A stretch of DNA of 52,141 bases from Thermomicrobiales bacterium (lineage in GTDB: Bacteria > Chloroflexota > Chloroflexia > Thermomicrobiales > UBA6265), in the NCBI GenBank assembly GCA_034667245.1, contig JAXDKI010000175.1, forward strand, positions 1-52,141, given 5' to 3'. A program made the translations under genes and the position numbers. Every line of letters begins with the position of its first letter. The stretch's first letter is position 1. Below are positions 43,909 through 52,141 of the stretch, piece by piece. A model generated the notes under the pieces. The model worked only from the letters and a program-made list of their open reading frames with translations, was not told where the DNA came from and searched no databases.

Positions 43909-43986
43909 CGTCATACTGGAGATTCCTCGCCCGGCCAGCAGCAACGAGCCGATCAATTCCACGACGCGAACCGCGACCGCGTTGCG

Positions 43987-44475
43987 TTAGGCGTATGCAC
44001 GTGCTGTGTGGAAATCACGACCGAGCCCGAGCGAAACATCCTCGCGGTCGAGCGCCGCTTCCTGGCGATCCACGAGTCCATCAATGGCGGCCAGGTCTTC
44101 GCCGGTTGCCCGGAGCGCCGCACGAGCCGCGATCTCCGGCTCCACGATCAATCTGATCTCCCAGAGATCGCCGACGGTGTCCCCCGGCGCCTGGAGCACC
44201 AGGGCCAGCGGTGAGACGGCGTCGCAGGAGACGGCGTCGCGGACAAAGGTGCCGCCCCCGTGGTGCGACTCGACCAGTCCGGCGCTCTCCATCGTCCGCA
44301 ACGCCTCGCGCAACGACGAGCGGCTAACCCGCAGCTGGTCGGCCAGCTCCCGCTCCGGTGGGAGCCGACCGCCGGCACGGAACCGGCCCTGGCGGATCAC
44401 CTCGCAGAGCTGAAGCACGATCTGGTGCGACAGCCGTGAACGCCGTACCGGTTCGACGAGAGCCCCGTTGCTCAT
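43987..44475 (-). CDS. GntR/FadR-subfamily regulator, apparently truncated (winged HTH intact, FCD domain cut short by an in-frame TAA)
   Basis: 162 aa. wHTH LPPERELADQLRVSRSSLREALRTMESAGLVESHHGGGTFV. The FCD part ends at DFHTARAYA-stop, and FCD-like sequence continues in frame after the stop (see findings). Confidence 0.7.
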   Translation of the reverse strand: MSNGALVEPVRRSRLSHQIVLQLCEVIRQGRFRAGGRLPPERELADQLRVSRSSLREALRTMESAGLVESHHGGGTFVRDAVSCDAVSPLALVLQAPGDTVGDLWEIRLIVEPEIAARAALRATGEDLAAIDGLVDRQEAALDREDVSLGLGRDFHTARAYA

Positions 44476-44494
44476 CTCACATCCGGCGGTTCAC

Positions 44495-44505
44495 TGGTTG
44501 GACCA
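44495..44505. promoter_or_regulatory. FadR/GntR-type operator-like palindrome TGGT-N3-ACCA
   Basis: ctGGTTGGACCAat lies 20 nt upstream of the GntR start (44475) in the divergent GntR/ppdK spacer. It resembles the E. coli FadR half-site arrangement TGGTNNNACCA. Confidence 0.35.
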
Positions 44506-44594
44506 ATCGCGATGCGGACACCTTACCGCCGCCTGGCCGCAGTGTCAATCGCCCGGTTTCCGTAAGGACCGCCCCTCAAATCGGGCCGGCCGTA

Positions 44595-44623
44595 TTGACA
44601 ACGAACTCACACTGAGATATTTG
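44595..44623 (+). promoter_or_regulatory. Candidate promoter for ppdK
   Basis: TTGACA (44595-44600), 17 nt spacer, TATTTG (44618-44623), followed by an AT-rich discriminator. About 65 nt upstream of ATG 44689. Confidence 0.4.
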
Positions 44624-44688
44624 ATTGTTTGTTATTCGAATGGTCGGGCGCGACGGCCGACGACCGATCTCCAGGGAGGTGTGCCACG

Positions 44689-47403
44689 ATGCCCCGATGG
44701 ATCCAACTCTTTCATCAAGGATCTGCCGACGATCGCGATCGGCTCGGCGGCAAGGGCGCCAACCTCGCCGAGATGACGAATCTCGGACTGCCGGTCCCAC
44801 CGGGCTTCACGATTACGACCAACGCCTGCCGCGCCTATCTCGAGAACGATCGGCGCACCCCCTCCGGATTGTGGGACGAAGTCCGGAACGCTCTCGCCGA
44901 GGTCGAGCGCCGGACCAACCGTCGGTTCGGTGACCCCGCGTGCCCCCTCCTCCTCTCCGTCCGCTCCGGCGCCAAGCATTCGATGCCCGGCATGATGGAC
45001 ACCGTCCTGAACATCGGCTTGACCGACGCCACCCTCCCCGGTCTGGCTGCGCTCTACGACGAGCGGCTCGCCCTCGACTGCGCCCGTCGCCTGCAGCAGA
45101 TGTTCGGCACCGTCGTCCTCGGTCTCCCAGCTCGCGAGTACGAAGCGGTCCTCGCCAAATTCGCGGGAGTTGGCGGGCAGACCGATCGGCTGGACCTCAC
45201 CGCCCGCCGGCAATTGCTCGCCGCTTTCACGGCGATCCCCGTTCTGCACGGTCTCGCGATTCCCGACGACCCCTTCGCTCACCTGGAACAGGCGATCACG
45301 GCCGTTTTCGCCTCCTGGAACACACTCCGCGCCGTCGCCTACCGCCGCTCCCAGGGCATCGCCGACGATCTGGGGACCGCCGTCAACGTTCAGGCGATGG
45401 TCTTCGGCAACGTTGGCGCCGACAGTGCCACCGGCGTCGCCTTCACCCGCGATCCCAACACCGGCGCGGCAGGCCTCTTCGGCGAGGTTCTCGTCGACGC
45501 GCAGGGTGAAGACGTCGTCGCCGGTATTCGCACCCCGCAGCCGATCGCGTCGATGGCAGCCGAGCCTCGCTTACGCCCGGCGTACGACCAACTCCTCGAG
45601 ATCGCCGACCGACTCGAGCGCCATTTCCGGGACATGCAGGACATGGAGTTCACGGTCGAGCGCGGCAAGCTCTGGCTCCTCCAGACGCGAACCGGCAAGC
45701 GGACCGCACAAGCTGCGATCCGGATCGCGATCGACCAAGCCGAGGAAGGACTCATCGACCGCGCGGCGGCGGTGCGACGGGTCGAACCGGCGCAACTCGA
45801 ACGCCAACTCCACCCGAACCTCGACGAGTCGCAGCCCCTCTCCGTGATCGCGACCGGACTGCCCGCCAGCCCCGGCGCGGCCAGCGGTCGGGTCGTTTTC
45901 GACCCACTTGAGGCACGGCAACGCGGCGAGCAAGGCGAGGCGGTCATCCTGGTCCGTCGGGAAACCTCAGCCGACGACTTCCCGGGCATGGAACGGGCGC
46001 AGGGCATCCTGACAGCGCGCGGCGGAATGACCTCCCACGCGGCCGTCGTCGCCCGCGGGATCGGCAAACCGGCCGTCACCGGGTGCGCCGAGATCGAGAT
46101 CGACGAGGCGAGCGGCACCTTCACCGCCGGCGAGGTCGTCGTGCACGAAGGCGACGAGTTGACGATCGACGGTTCCACCGGGCGCGTCATCCTCGGCCAC
46201 GTTCGGACGATCCCGGCCGGTCTCGGCGGCGAGACGGCGAAACTCCTCGCCTGGGCCGACCGGTTCCGGCACCTGGCCGTCCGCGCGAACGCCGACACGC
46301 CCGCCGACGCCGCGCGAGCTCGCGAGTTCGGCGCCGAAGGCATTGGTCTCTGCCGCACCGAGCACATGTTCTTCGGCGACGGCCGGATCGACCTCGTCCG
46401 CGACATGATCCTTGCCGAATCGACGAGCGAGCGCGAGCAGGTGCTGGTCGCGCTGGAGGCGCTTCAGGTCGAGGACTTTGCCGGCATCTTCCGCGCCATG
46501 GACGGCTACCCGGTGACGATCCGGACCCTCGATCCTCCCCTGCACGAGTTCCTCCCCCGAGACGACGAGGAGGTCGCTCGCTTCGCGACCCGGCGTGGCC
46601 TCACGACCGCCGAGGTTCGAACACGGATCGACGCCCACCGCGAGTCGAATCCGATGCTCGGACACCGGGGCTGCCGGCTGGGGATCACCTTCCCCGAGAT
46701 CACGGCGATGCAGGCGCGCGCCGTCTACCGCGCCGCCCTTGACTGCACCGCTGACGGGGTCATCGTCGAACCCGAGGTGATGATCCCCTTCGTCTCGGAT
46801 GCCGAGGAACTACGGCTGCAGCGCGAGGTCGTTGTCAGCGTAGCGGAGCGACTGTTTGCGGAGACGGGTCGGCGCGTCCCCGTCAAGATCGGCACGATGA
46901 TCGAGGTGCCGCGGGCCGCCCTTCTCGCCGATCGGATCGCCGCCCATGCCGATTTCATCTCGTTCGGCACCAACGACCTGACGCAGACGACTTTCGGTCT
47001 GAGCCGCGACGACTCCGGTCGCTTCCTGCCGGACTACGTCGCCCAGGGCATCCTTCCCAGCGACCCGTTTCAGACGCTCGACCGCTCCGGCGTCGGCCGC
47101 TTGATCGAGATCGCCACCACACTCGGCTACCAGGCCCGACCGGATCTCAAAGTCGGTCTCTGCGGCGAGCATGGCGGGGAACCGTCCGCCGTCGCCTTCT
47201 GCGACGACCTCGGCATCGACTACGTCAGCTGCTCGCCCTATCGGGTACCGATCGCTCGGTTGGCCGCAGCACAGGCCGCCCTGGCCTCACCAGACGGGTC
47301 CAGTTCCCTTAGCGACGGCAGGATCGAAGGCGCGGCGGAGTCGGAGCAGGAACGATCGTTTGCCCACGTCGGGGACGGCAACGCCATCGGGTATCTGGAT
47401 TAG
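44689..47403 (+). CDS. ppdK: Pyruvate, phosphate dikinase
   Basis: ATG 44689 with AGGGAGG 7 nt upstream. LGGKGANLAEM, SVRSGAKHSMPGMMDTVLNIGL, phospho-His loop GGMTSHAAVVARG, C-terminal PEP/pyruvate domain GLCRTEHMF and SCSPYRVP. Confidence 0.95.
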   Translation: MPRWIQLFHQGSADDRDRLGGKGANLAEMTNLGLPVPPGFTITTNACRAYLENDRRTPSGLWDEVRNALAEVERRTNRRFGDPACPLLLSVRSGAKHSMPGMMDTVLNIGLTDATLPGLAALYDERLALDCARRLQQMFGTVVLGLPAREYEAVLAKFAGVGGQTDRLDLTARRQLLAAFTAIPVLHGLAIPDDPFAHLEQAITAVFASWNTLRAVAYRRSQGIADDLGTAVNVQAMVFGNVGADSATGVAFTRDPNTGAAGLFGEVLVDAQGEDVVAGIRTPQPIASMAAEPRLRPAYDQLLEIADRLERHFRDMQDMEFTVERGKLWLLQTRTGKRTAQAAIRIAIDQAEEGLIDRAAAVRRVEPAQLERQLHPNLDESQPLSVIATGLPASPGAASGRVVFDPLEARQRGEQGEAVILVRRETSADDFPGMERAQGILTARGGMTSHAAVVARGIGKPAVTGCAEIEIDEASGTFTAGEVVVHEGDELTIDGSTGRVILGHVRTIPAGLGGETAKLLAWADRFRHLAVRANADTPADAARAREFGAEGIGLCRTEHMFFGDGRIDLVRDMILAESTSEREQVLVALEALQVEDFAGIFRAMDGYPVTIRTLDPPLHEFLPRDDEEVARFATRRGLTTAEVRTRIDAHRESNPMLGHRGCRLGITFPEITAMQARAVYRAALDCTADGVIVEPEVMIPFVSDAEELRLQREVVVSVAERLFAETGRRVPVKIGTMIEVPRAALLADRIAAHADFISFGTNDLTQTTFGLSRDDSGRFLPDYVAQGILPSDPFQTLDRSGVGRLIEIATTLGYQARPDLKVGLCGEHGGEPSAVAFCDDLGIDYVSCSPYRVPIARLAAAQAALASPDGSSSLSDGRIEGAAESEQERSFAHVGDGNAIGYLD

Positions 47404-47435
47404 CCGGAGTCCGCTGGACAGCGTGCGGTGATGCA

Positions 47436-47464
47436 GCCGGGGCGGGGGCTTGTTTCGCCCCGGC
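47436..47464. terminator. Stem-loop between convergent ppdK and the epimerase gene
   Basis: gccggggcg ggggcttgttt cgccccggc, a 9-bp GC stem. No clear U-tract on either strand. Confidence 0.4.
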
Positions 47465-47476
47465 CCGTCGTCTCGA

Positions 47477-48487
47477 TTACACGCCGTAGAACGCGCGATA
47501 CCACGCCACAAACCGCGCCAGGCCATCCTCGATCGACGTCCGCGGCCGGAACCCGGTGGCCGCCTCCAAATCCTCGACGTCCGCATACGTCGCGAGCACA
47601 TCCCCCGCCTGCAGATCGACGAACCGCTTGATCGCTTCCTTGCCGATCTCTCGCTCCAGAATCTCGATGAAGCGCAAGAGCTCGACCGGCCGGTTGTTAC
47701 CGATGTTGTAGATGCGATACGGCGCGGACGACGTGCCCGGGTCTGGATGGTCGCCGCTCCAGTCAGGATTCGGATGCGGAAGCGTGTCGAGGCAGCGGAC
47801 GACGCCCTCGGCGATGTCGTCGATGTAGGTGAAGTCCCGCCTCATCTTGCCGTGGTTGTAGACGTCGATCGGTTTCCCCTCGACGATCGCCTTCGTGAAC
47901 GAGAAGTAGGCCATGTCGGGGCGACCCCATGGACCGTAGACGGTGAAGAAGCGGAGTCCGGTCGTCGGCAAGCGATAGAGATGGCTGTAGCTGTGCGCCA
48001 TCAACTCGTTCGCCTTCTTCGTCGCGGCGTAGAAGCTGACCGGGTGATCGACGTTGTCGTGGACCGAGAAAGGCACCTTCGTGTTCGCCCCATAGACGGA
48101 GCTCGACGAGGCAAAGACCAGGTGGGCGACTCCCGTTTGCCGGCAACCTTCCAGCACGTTCCCGAACCCAACGAGGTTGCTGTCGACATACGCGGCGGGG
48201 TTCGTCAGGGAGTAGCGAACGCCCGCCTGCGCCCCCAGGTGGACGACCGACTCCGGTCGCTCCTCGGCGAAGAGACGAGACATCCCCTCACGATCCGCCA
48301 AATCGAGCCGGTGGAACCGGAAACCCGGCTCGCTCGTCAATTGAGCGAGCCGGGCGTCTTTCAGGCGGGGGTCGTAATAGTCGTTGAGATTGTCGAGCCC
48401 GATCACCTCGTCGCCACGCGCCAGGAGGAGCTTGCCGACGTAGAGTCCGACGAAACCGGCGGCACCGGTGACCAGGACGCGACTCAT
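47477..48487 (-). CDS. NAD-dependent epimerase, UDP-glucuronate 4-epimerase-like (extended SDR)
   Basis: ATG 48487 overlaps the ugd stop (ATGA). [29 protein letters not shown]. The longer ORF to 48727 has an Arg/Gly junk N-terminus. Confidence 0.88.
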   Translation of the reverse strand: MSRVLVTGAAGFVGLYVGKLLLARGDEVIGLDNLNDYYDPRLKDARLAQLTSEPGFRFHRLDLADREGMSRLFAEERPESVVHLGAQAGVRYSLTNPAAYVDSNLVGFGNVLEGCRQTGVAHLVFASSSSVYGANTKVPFSVHDNVDHPVSFYAATKKANELMAHSYSHLYRLPTTGLRFFTVYGPWGRPDMAYFSFTKAIVEGKPIDVYNHGKMRRDFTYIDDIAEGVVRCLDTLPHPNPDWSGDHPDPGTSSAPYRIYNIGNNRPVELLRFIEILEREIGKEAIKRFVDLQAGDVLATYADVEDLEAATGFRPRTSIEDGLARFVAWYRAFYGV

Positions 48488-49917
48488 GACGGCGGCGCGC
48501 CGTCGCCGATCCCGTCCGTGTACGCCGCGCCGACCGCATCGCGCACGTACCCGTCGCGCGCGTCGAGCACCGGCAGCGCGACCGACTCGCCGAGCCCGAT
48601 GCCGAAGTAGGTAATCCCCTCCTTCGCCATCCGGTCCGGGTCGTGGATGTTCCGTCCGTCGAAGACGACCGGACGCTTCAGCGTCGCCTTCACGACCGCC
48701 CAATCGGGACTGCGGAACGCCCGCCATTCGGTGCAGATCACCAGCGCCTCCGCCCCCTCCAGCGCCTCATCTTCGGTCTCGCAGAGGACGAGGCTGCCCG
48801 CCGCGACCCGATCCGGGTAGTGGCGCCTCGCCTCGCCCATCGCTTCCGGGTCGAAGGCCCGCACCCGCGCCCCGACTTCCCAGAGCGCCTCGATCAGCGC
48901 CCGGCTCGGCGCGTCGCGCATGTCGTCAGTGTTGGGCTTGAATGAAAGCCCCCAGACTGCCAACGTCTTTCCGGTCAGCTTGCCCCCGAAGTGCCCCCAG
49001 ACCTTCTGGAAGAGCACCCGCTTCTGCCGCTCATTGACGTCCTCGACGGCACGCAGCAGCTGCGCGTCGTAGCCGACGCCGGCCGCGACCCGCTCCAGCG
49101 AGCGAACGTCCTTCGGGAAGCAGCTTCCGCCATACCCGCAGCCGGGGTAGATGAACGAATAACCGATCCGCGGATCGGACCCGATGCCGACGCGGACGCT
49201 TTCGATGTCGACCCCGACCCGTTCGGCGATGTTCGCCAACTCGTTCATGAAGCTGATCTTCGTGGCGAGCATCGCGTTCGCCGCGTACTTGGTGAACTCG
49301 CTCGACCGCACGTCCATCACCATCAACCGGCTGTGGTTGCGGTTGAACGGCGCGTAGAGTTCGCGCATCACCTCGATCGCGCGCGGGCTGTCGGAGCCAA
49401 CGACAATGCGGTCCGGCTTCATGAAGTCGTCGATCGCCGCCCCCTCTTTGAGGAACTCGGGGTTGGAGACGACCTCGAACGGGATCGCGACCCCGCGCGC
49501 CGCGAGCGCCCGGCCGACGATCGCGCGGACCCGGTCCGACGTCCCGACCGGCACCGTCGACTTGGTGACGACGGTCTTCGGTTCCGTCATCAACTCGCCG
49601 ATGGTCCGCGCGACGGACTCGACGGCGCGGAGATCGGAGCTCCCGTCCGGCAGCGGCGGCGTGCCGACGCAGATGAACACGACCTCGCCGTGCGCCACTC
49701 CGACGGCCGGATCGGTCGAGAACGCCAACCGGCCCGCGCGCCGGTTGCGCCCGACCATCTCGGCCAGACCCGGTTCGTAGATCGGGACCTCGCCGGCATT
49801 CAACCGGTCGATCCGGTCGCGGTCGATGTCGACGCACAGGACGTCGTTCCCGACGTCGGCGAAGCACGTACCGGTCACGAGTCCAACGTAGCCAGTGCCA
49901 AATACGGTAACGTGCAA
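48484..49917 (-). CDS. ugd: UDP-glucose 6-dehydrogenase
   Basis: TTG start. [15 protein letters not shown] fold. Catalytic-Cys context [10 protein letters not shown]. About 35 aa of C-terminal extension. Confidence 0.92.
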   Translation of the reverse strand: MHVTVFGTGYVGLVTGTCFADVGNDVLCVDIDRDRIDRLNAGEVPIYEPGLAEMVGRNRRAGRLAFSTDPAVGVAHGEVVFICVGTPPLPDGSSDLRAVESVARTIGELMTEPKTVVTKSTVPVGTSDRVRAIVGRALAARGVAIPFEVVSNPEFLKEGAAIDDFMKPDRIVVGSDSPRAIEVMRELYAPFNRNHSRLMVMDVRSSEFTKYAANAMLATKISFMNELANIAERVGVDIESVRVGIGSDPRIGYSFIYPGCGYGGSCFPKDVRSLERVAAGVGYDAQLLRAVEDVNERQKRVLFQKVWGHFGGKLTGKTLAVWGLSFKPNTDDMRDAPSRALIEALWEVGARVRAFDPEAMGEARRHYPDRVAAGSLVLCETEDEALEGAEALVICTEWRAFRSPDWAVVKATLKRPVVFDGRNIHDPDRMAKEGITYFGIGLGESVALPVLDARDGYVRDAVGAAYTDGIGDGAPPS

Positions 49918-49932
49918 TCCAACCCCCTAGGA

Positions 49933-50052
49933 GAGTCGTCGGTCGTTCGTCGTCACACTAAGGACTCGGGTATTCATTGTCCTCATTGTTTGATCGCCCC
50001 CGACGTCCATCCGGCACCAGAGCTAACCGCTGACGACGAACGACCGACGACT
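49933..50052. repeat. Heptad-armed inverted-repeat element, copy C (120 bp)
   Basis: agtcgtcggtcgttcgtcgtca (49934-49955) is perfectly complementary to tgacgacgaacgaccgacgact (50031-50052), 22/22. Confidence 0.9.
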
Positions 50053-50063
50053 GGTAACTCACG

Positions 50064-51011
50064 TCACGCCGCCCCGGCCAGGGCCGCCGGAGCCAGCGCC
50101 TCGACGGTGCGCGCTAGGCCCAGCTCAAAAGGTACCAGGATTTCAAATCCAAGCGCCGCCGCCGCTGCCGAAACGTCGGCCGCCGAGTGGCGTACGTCAC
50201 CAACACGAGCCGGCAAGTAGATCGGCTGGGCGGGAACGCCCATGATTCCGATCAGCGACCCGAGCAATCGGTTCAACGACACCGAGCGGCCCGACGCGAT
50301 GTTGAAGACCTTGCCGGGCGCATCCGGTGACTGGGCGGCGAGCAGGTTAGCCTGAACCACGTCGTCGACGTAGACGAAGTCGCGCGTCTGCTCGCCGTCC
50401 CCGTAGATCACCGGGGGCTCGCCGTCGAGGAGCGCCTTGACGAAGCGCGGGATCACCGGCGCGTAGGCCGAAGCCGGGTCCTGGCGGGGCCCGAAGACGT
50501 TGAAGTAGCGCAGCGCCACTGCCTCGACCTCGAAGGCCCTGGTAAATACCTGGCAGAGGTGCTCGCCCGCGATCTTCGAGCTGGCGTACGGCGACAGCGC
50601 CGCGATCCCCATCCTCTCCGTCTTCGGCAGACCCGGTGCGTCGCCGTAGACGGCGCAGGACGAAGCGAAGACCACCCGGCGCACTCCCGCCTCGCGCGCC
50701 GCTTGGAGCACGTTGACCGTCCCCAGCACGTTGGCCTCATAGCAGGCGGCCGGGTCGGCCATCGACCGGGGCACCGATGGGTCTGCCGCCTGGTGGAACA
50801 CCACCTCGACACCCGCCATTGCCTTCCGCACCGCCGCCATATCGCGGAGATCGCCCTTGACCAGCTCGGCCTTGAACGCCAGCGGCGCGAGATTCTCCAT
50901 CTTCCCGGTCGAGAAGTTGTCGAAAACCCGCACCGCCTCCCCTCGCTCGACCAGACGAGCAGCCAGATGCGACCCAATGAATCCAGCGCCACCGGTAACG
51001 AGATACATCAC
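50064..51011 (-). CDS. NAD-dependent epimerase/dehydratase (UDP-hexose 4-epimerase-like extended SDR)
   Basis: 315 aa. VTGGAGFIGSHL, YASSKIAGE. GGAGGG SD. Start is GTG 51011 or ATG 51008. Confidence 0.88.
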   Translation of the reverse strand: MMYLVTGGAGFIGSHLAARLVERGEAVRVFDNFSTGKMENLAPLAFKAELVKGDLRDMAAVRKAMAGVEVVFHQAADPSVPRSMADPAACYEANVLGTVNVLQAAREAGVRRVVFASSCAVYGDAPGLPKTERMGIAALSPYASSKIAGEHLCQVFTRAFEVEAVALRYFNVFGPRQDPASAYAPVIPRFVKALLDGEPPVIYGDGEQTRDFVYVDDVVQANLLAAQSPDAPGKVFNIASGRSVSLNRLLGSLIGIMGVPAQPIYLPARVGDVRHSAADVSAAAAALGFEILVPFELGLARTVEALAPAALAGAA

Positions 51012-51037
51012 GCATGCCCTCCGAAGCGGCAGAGAAT

Positions 51038-51176
51038 GAGTCGTCGGTCGTCAGTCGCCAGTCGCCAGTCGCCAGCGATTGGACTTCGGTGCCGGTCGCG
51101 ACCGCCGGGGGCGATTGGCACAACGAGGACGACGAGTACCCAGGATCGTGATTTAACGACTGACGACTGGCGACTC
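51038..51176. repeat. Heptad-armed inverted-repeat element, copy D (139 bp, GTCGCCA variant heptads)
   Basis: Left arm gagtcgtcggtcgtcagtcgccagtcgccagtcgccag at 51038-51075. Right arm cgactgacgactggcgactc at 51157-51176 pairs 18/20 with the left-arm start. Confidence 0.85.
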
Positions 51177-51186
51177 CGCAACTCGA

Positions 51187-52141
51187 TCAGTCCGCCACCA
51201 TTGCCAACGGGCGTTCAAGCTGACCGATGGTCGCGCGGATACCCGCTTCGAGCGGTGTGTCAGGGGAGAATCCGACCAGACCGCGTAGCTTGGCGGCGTT
51301 CGGCACGCGCCGGCGCATGTCGGCGAACCCCTGGGGGTAGACGTCGCGGTAATCGACGTGTTCGATCGCCGAATCGCTGTGGGTCGCTTCCAGGACCAGC
51401 TCGGCGAGGCGGTGGATCGTTACCTCGCGCTCGTTGCCGATGTTGACCGACTCCCCGAACGCGGCCGGCGTCCGCATCAGTGCCAGCACCGCGTCGACCG
51501 CGTCGTGGACGAAGGTGAAGCAACGCGACTGCTCGCCGTCGCCGAAGATCGTGATCGGCTCGCCGCGCAGCGCCTGGCCGATGAAGCGCGGGATGACCAT
51601 GCCGTACGATCCGGTCTGACGGGGTCCGTAGGTGTTGAAGAACCGACCGATCACGACCGGCAGCCCGTGCTCGCGCGAGTAGGCCAGCGCAAGGAACTCG
51701 TCGAGCGACTTCCCGACGGCGTAGAGCCAGCGCGTCGTCTCCAGCGGACCAACGATGCTGTCGTCGAGCTCGGTCAGCCCGCTCTTCTCGTTTTTGCCGT
51801 AGATCTCGGACGTCGAGGCGAGGAACGTCTTGACGCCGTAGCGGTGCGCGGCACGCAGTACCGCCGCCGTTCCATCAACGTTGGTGGCGATCGAAGACAG
51901 CGGCTGCTCCAAGATGCGCCGGACGCCAACCGCCGCTGCCAGGTGATAGACCGTATCTGCCCCACGCACCAGATTGGCGACCAACCTGGCGTCGAGCACC
52001 GATCCCTCGACGAAGCGAAACGACGGCGACGACACCAGATGCTCGATATTCGTCCGCGACCCGGTGCTGAGGTCGTCGAGCACCACCACTCGCTCGCCCT
52101 CCCGCACCAACCGATCCGCCAGATGCGACCCGATAAACCCA
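51187..52141 (-). CDS. NAD-dependent epimerase/dehydratase (UXS/ArnA-decarboxylase-like), 5' end beyond the right edge
   Basis: The frame stays open to the window end (GFIGSHLADRLVREGE...). TSEIYGKN and YAVGKSLDE (Y-x-x-x-K). Subfamily guess only. Confidence 0.85.
   Translation of the reverse strand, partial: GFIGSHLADRLVREGERVVVLDDLSTGSRTNIEHLVSSPSFRFVEGSVLDARLVANLVRGADTVYHLAAAVGVRRILEQPLSSIATNVDGTAAVLRAAHRYGVKTFLASTSEIYGKNEKSGLTELDDSIVGPLETTRWLYAVGKSLDEFLALAYSREHGLPVVIGRFFNTYGPRQTGSYGMVIPRFIGQALRGEPITIFGDGEQSRCFTFVHDAVDAVLALMRTPAAFGESVNIGNEREVTIHRLAELVLEATHSDSAIEHVDYRDVYPQGFADMRRRVPNAAKLRGLVGFSPDTPLEAGIRATIGQLERPLAMVAD

Noticed and set aside
43987-43989. Programmed stop-codon readthrough or recoding at the GntR TAA.
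   Set aside because: There is no recoding signal, and even with readthrough the frame dies in the repeat element after about 55 more codons. A simple nonsense mutation is the economical explanation.
1-52141. Search for defence, toxin-antitoxin, secretion or mobile-element gene systems (nucleases, helicase/ATPase pairs, integrases, transposases, phage genes).
   Set aside because: Every ORF with a convincing coding signal is assigned to a metabolic, transport or regulatory family, or is a lone small secreted protein. The only STAND-type ATPase is fused to a LuxR HTH, a standard LAL regulator.

Overview
GC-rich (by eye about two-thirds G+C) bacterial chromosomal segment. It is densely packed, with Shine-Dalgarno-led genes and many 1-8 nt start/stop overlaps. 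I call 43 protein-coding genes or fragments. I found no rRNA, tRNA, CRISPR array, transposase, integrase, phage gene or recognisable defence or toxin genes. Content is housekeeping and accessory metabolism. Solute uptake: three family-5 (peptide/nickel-type) ABC loci and one CUT1 sugar ABC locus; all four binding proteins carry twin-arginine signals and none of the loci has an ATPase gene. Other enzymes: M29 aminopeptidase, PLP enzymes, a BKACE-family enzyme, an AstE/AspA-type deacylase, a class-C-type serine hydrolase and an SLT lytic transglycosylase. Regulators: a 1004-aa LAL/LuxR ATPase, a MEDS-PAS histidine kinase plus CheY-like receiver, a decayed GntR/FadR gene and an XRE-HTH fused to a degenerate GalU-like domain. 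Also present are ppdK and a UDP-sugar cluster (ugd plus three extended-SDR epimerase/dehydratase genes). Family names come from motif recognition by eye and memory, not from searches. The most unusual signal is non-coding. (1) Four 108-139 bp intergenic elements have arms made of tandem heptads, (A/G)GTCGTC on the left and its complement on the right, forming 17-31 bp stems around unrelated cores. All four lie between genes transcribed in the same direction, three clearly within operons. (2) Other tandem 7-mers and 8-mers abut gene ends. (3) A GGGAGGGC-N4-5-GCCCTCCC hairpin family occurs three times. (4) Every binding-protein gene is followed by a strong stem-loop. I do not see a convincing new multi-gene system such as defence or secretion. 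The best novelty candidates are the heptad-armed repeat family, the XRE/pseudo-GalU regulator and a small Tat-signal cysteine-rich protein. Lineage cannot be fixed from sequence alone; Chloroflexota/Thermomicrobia-like or actinobacterial is a guess.
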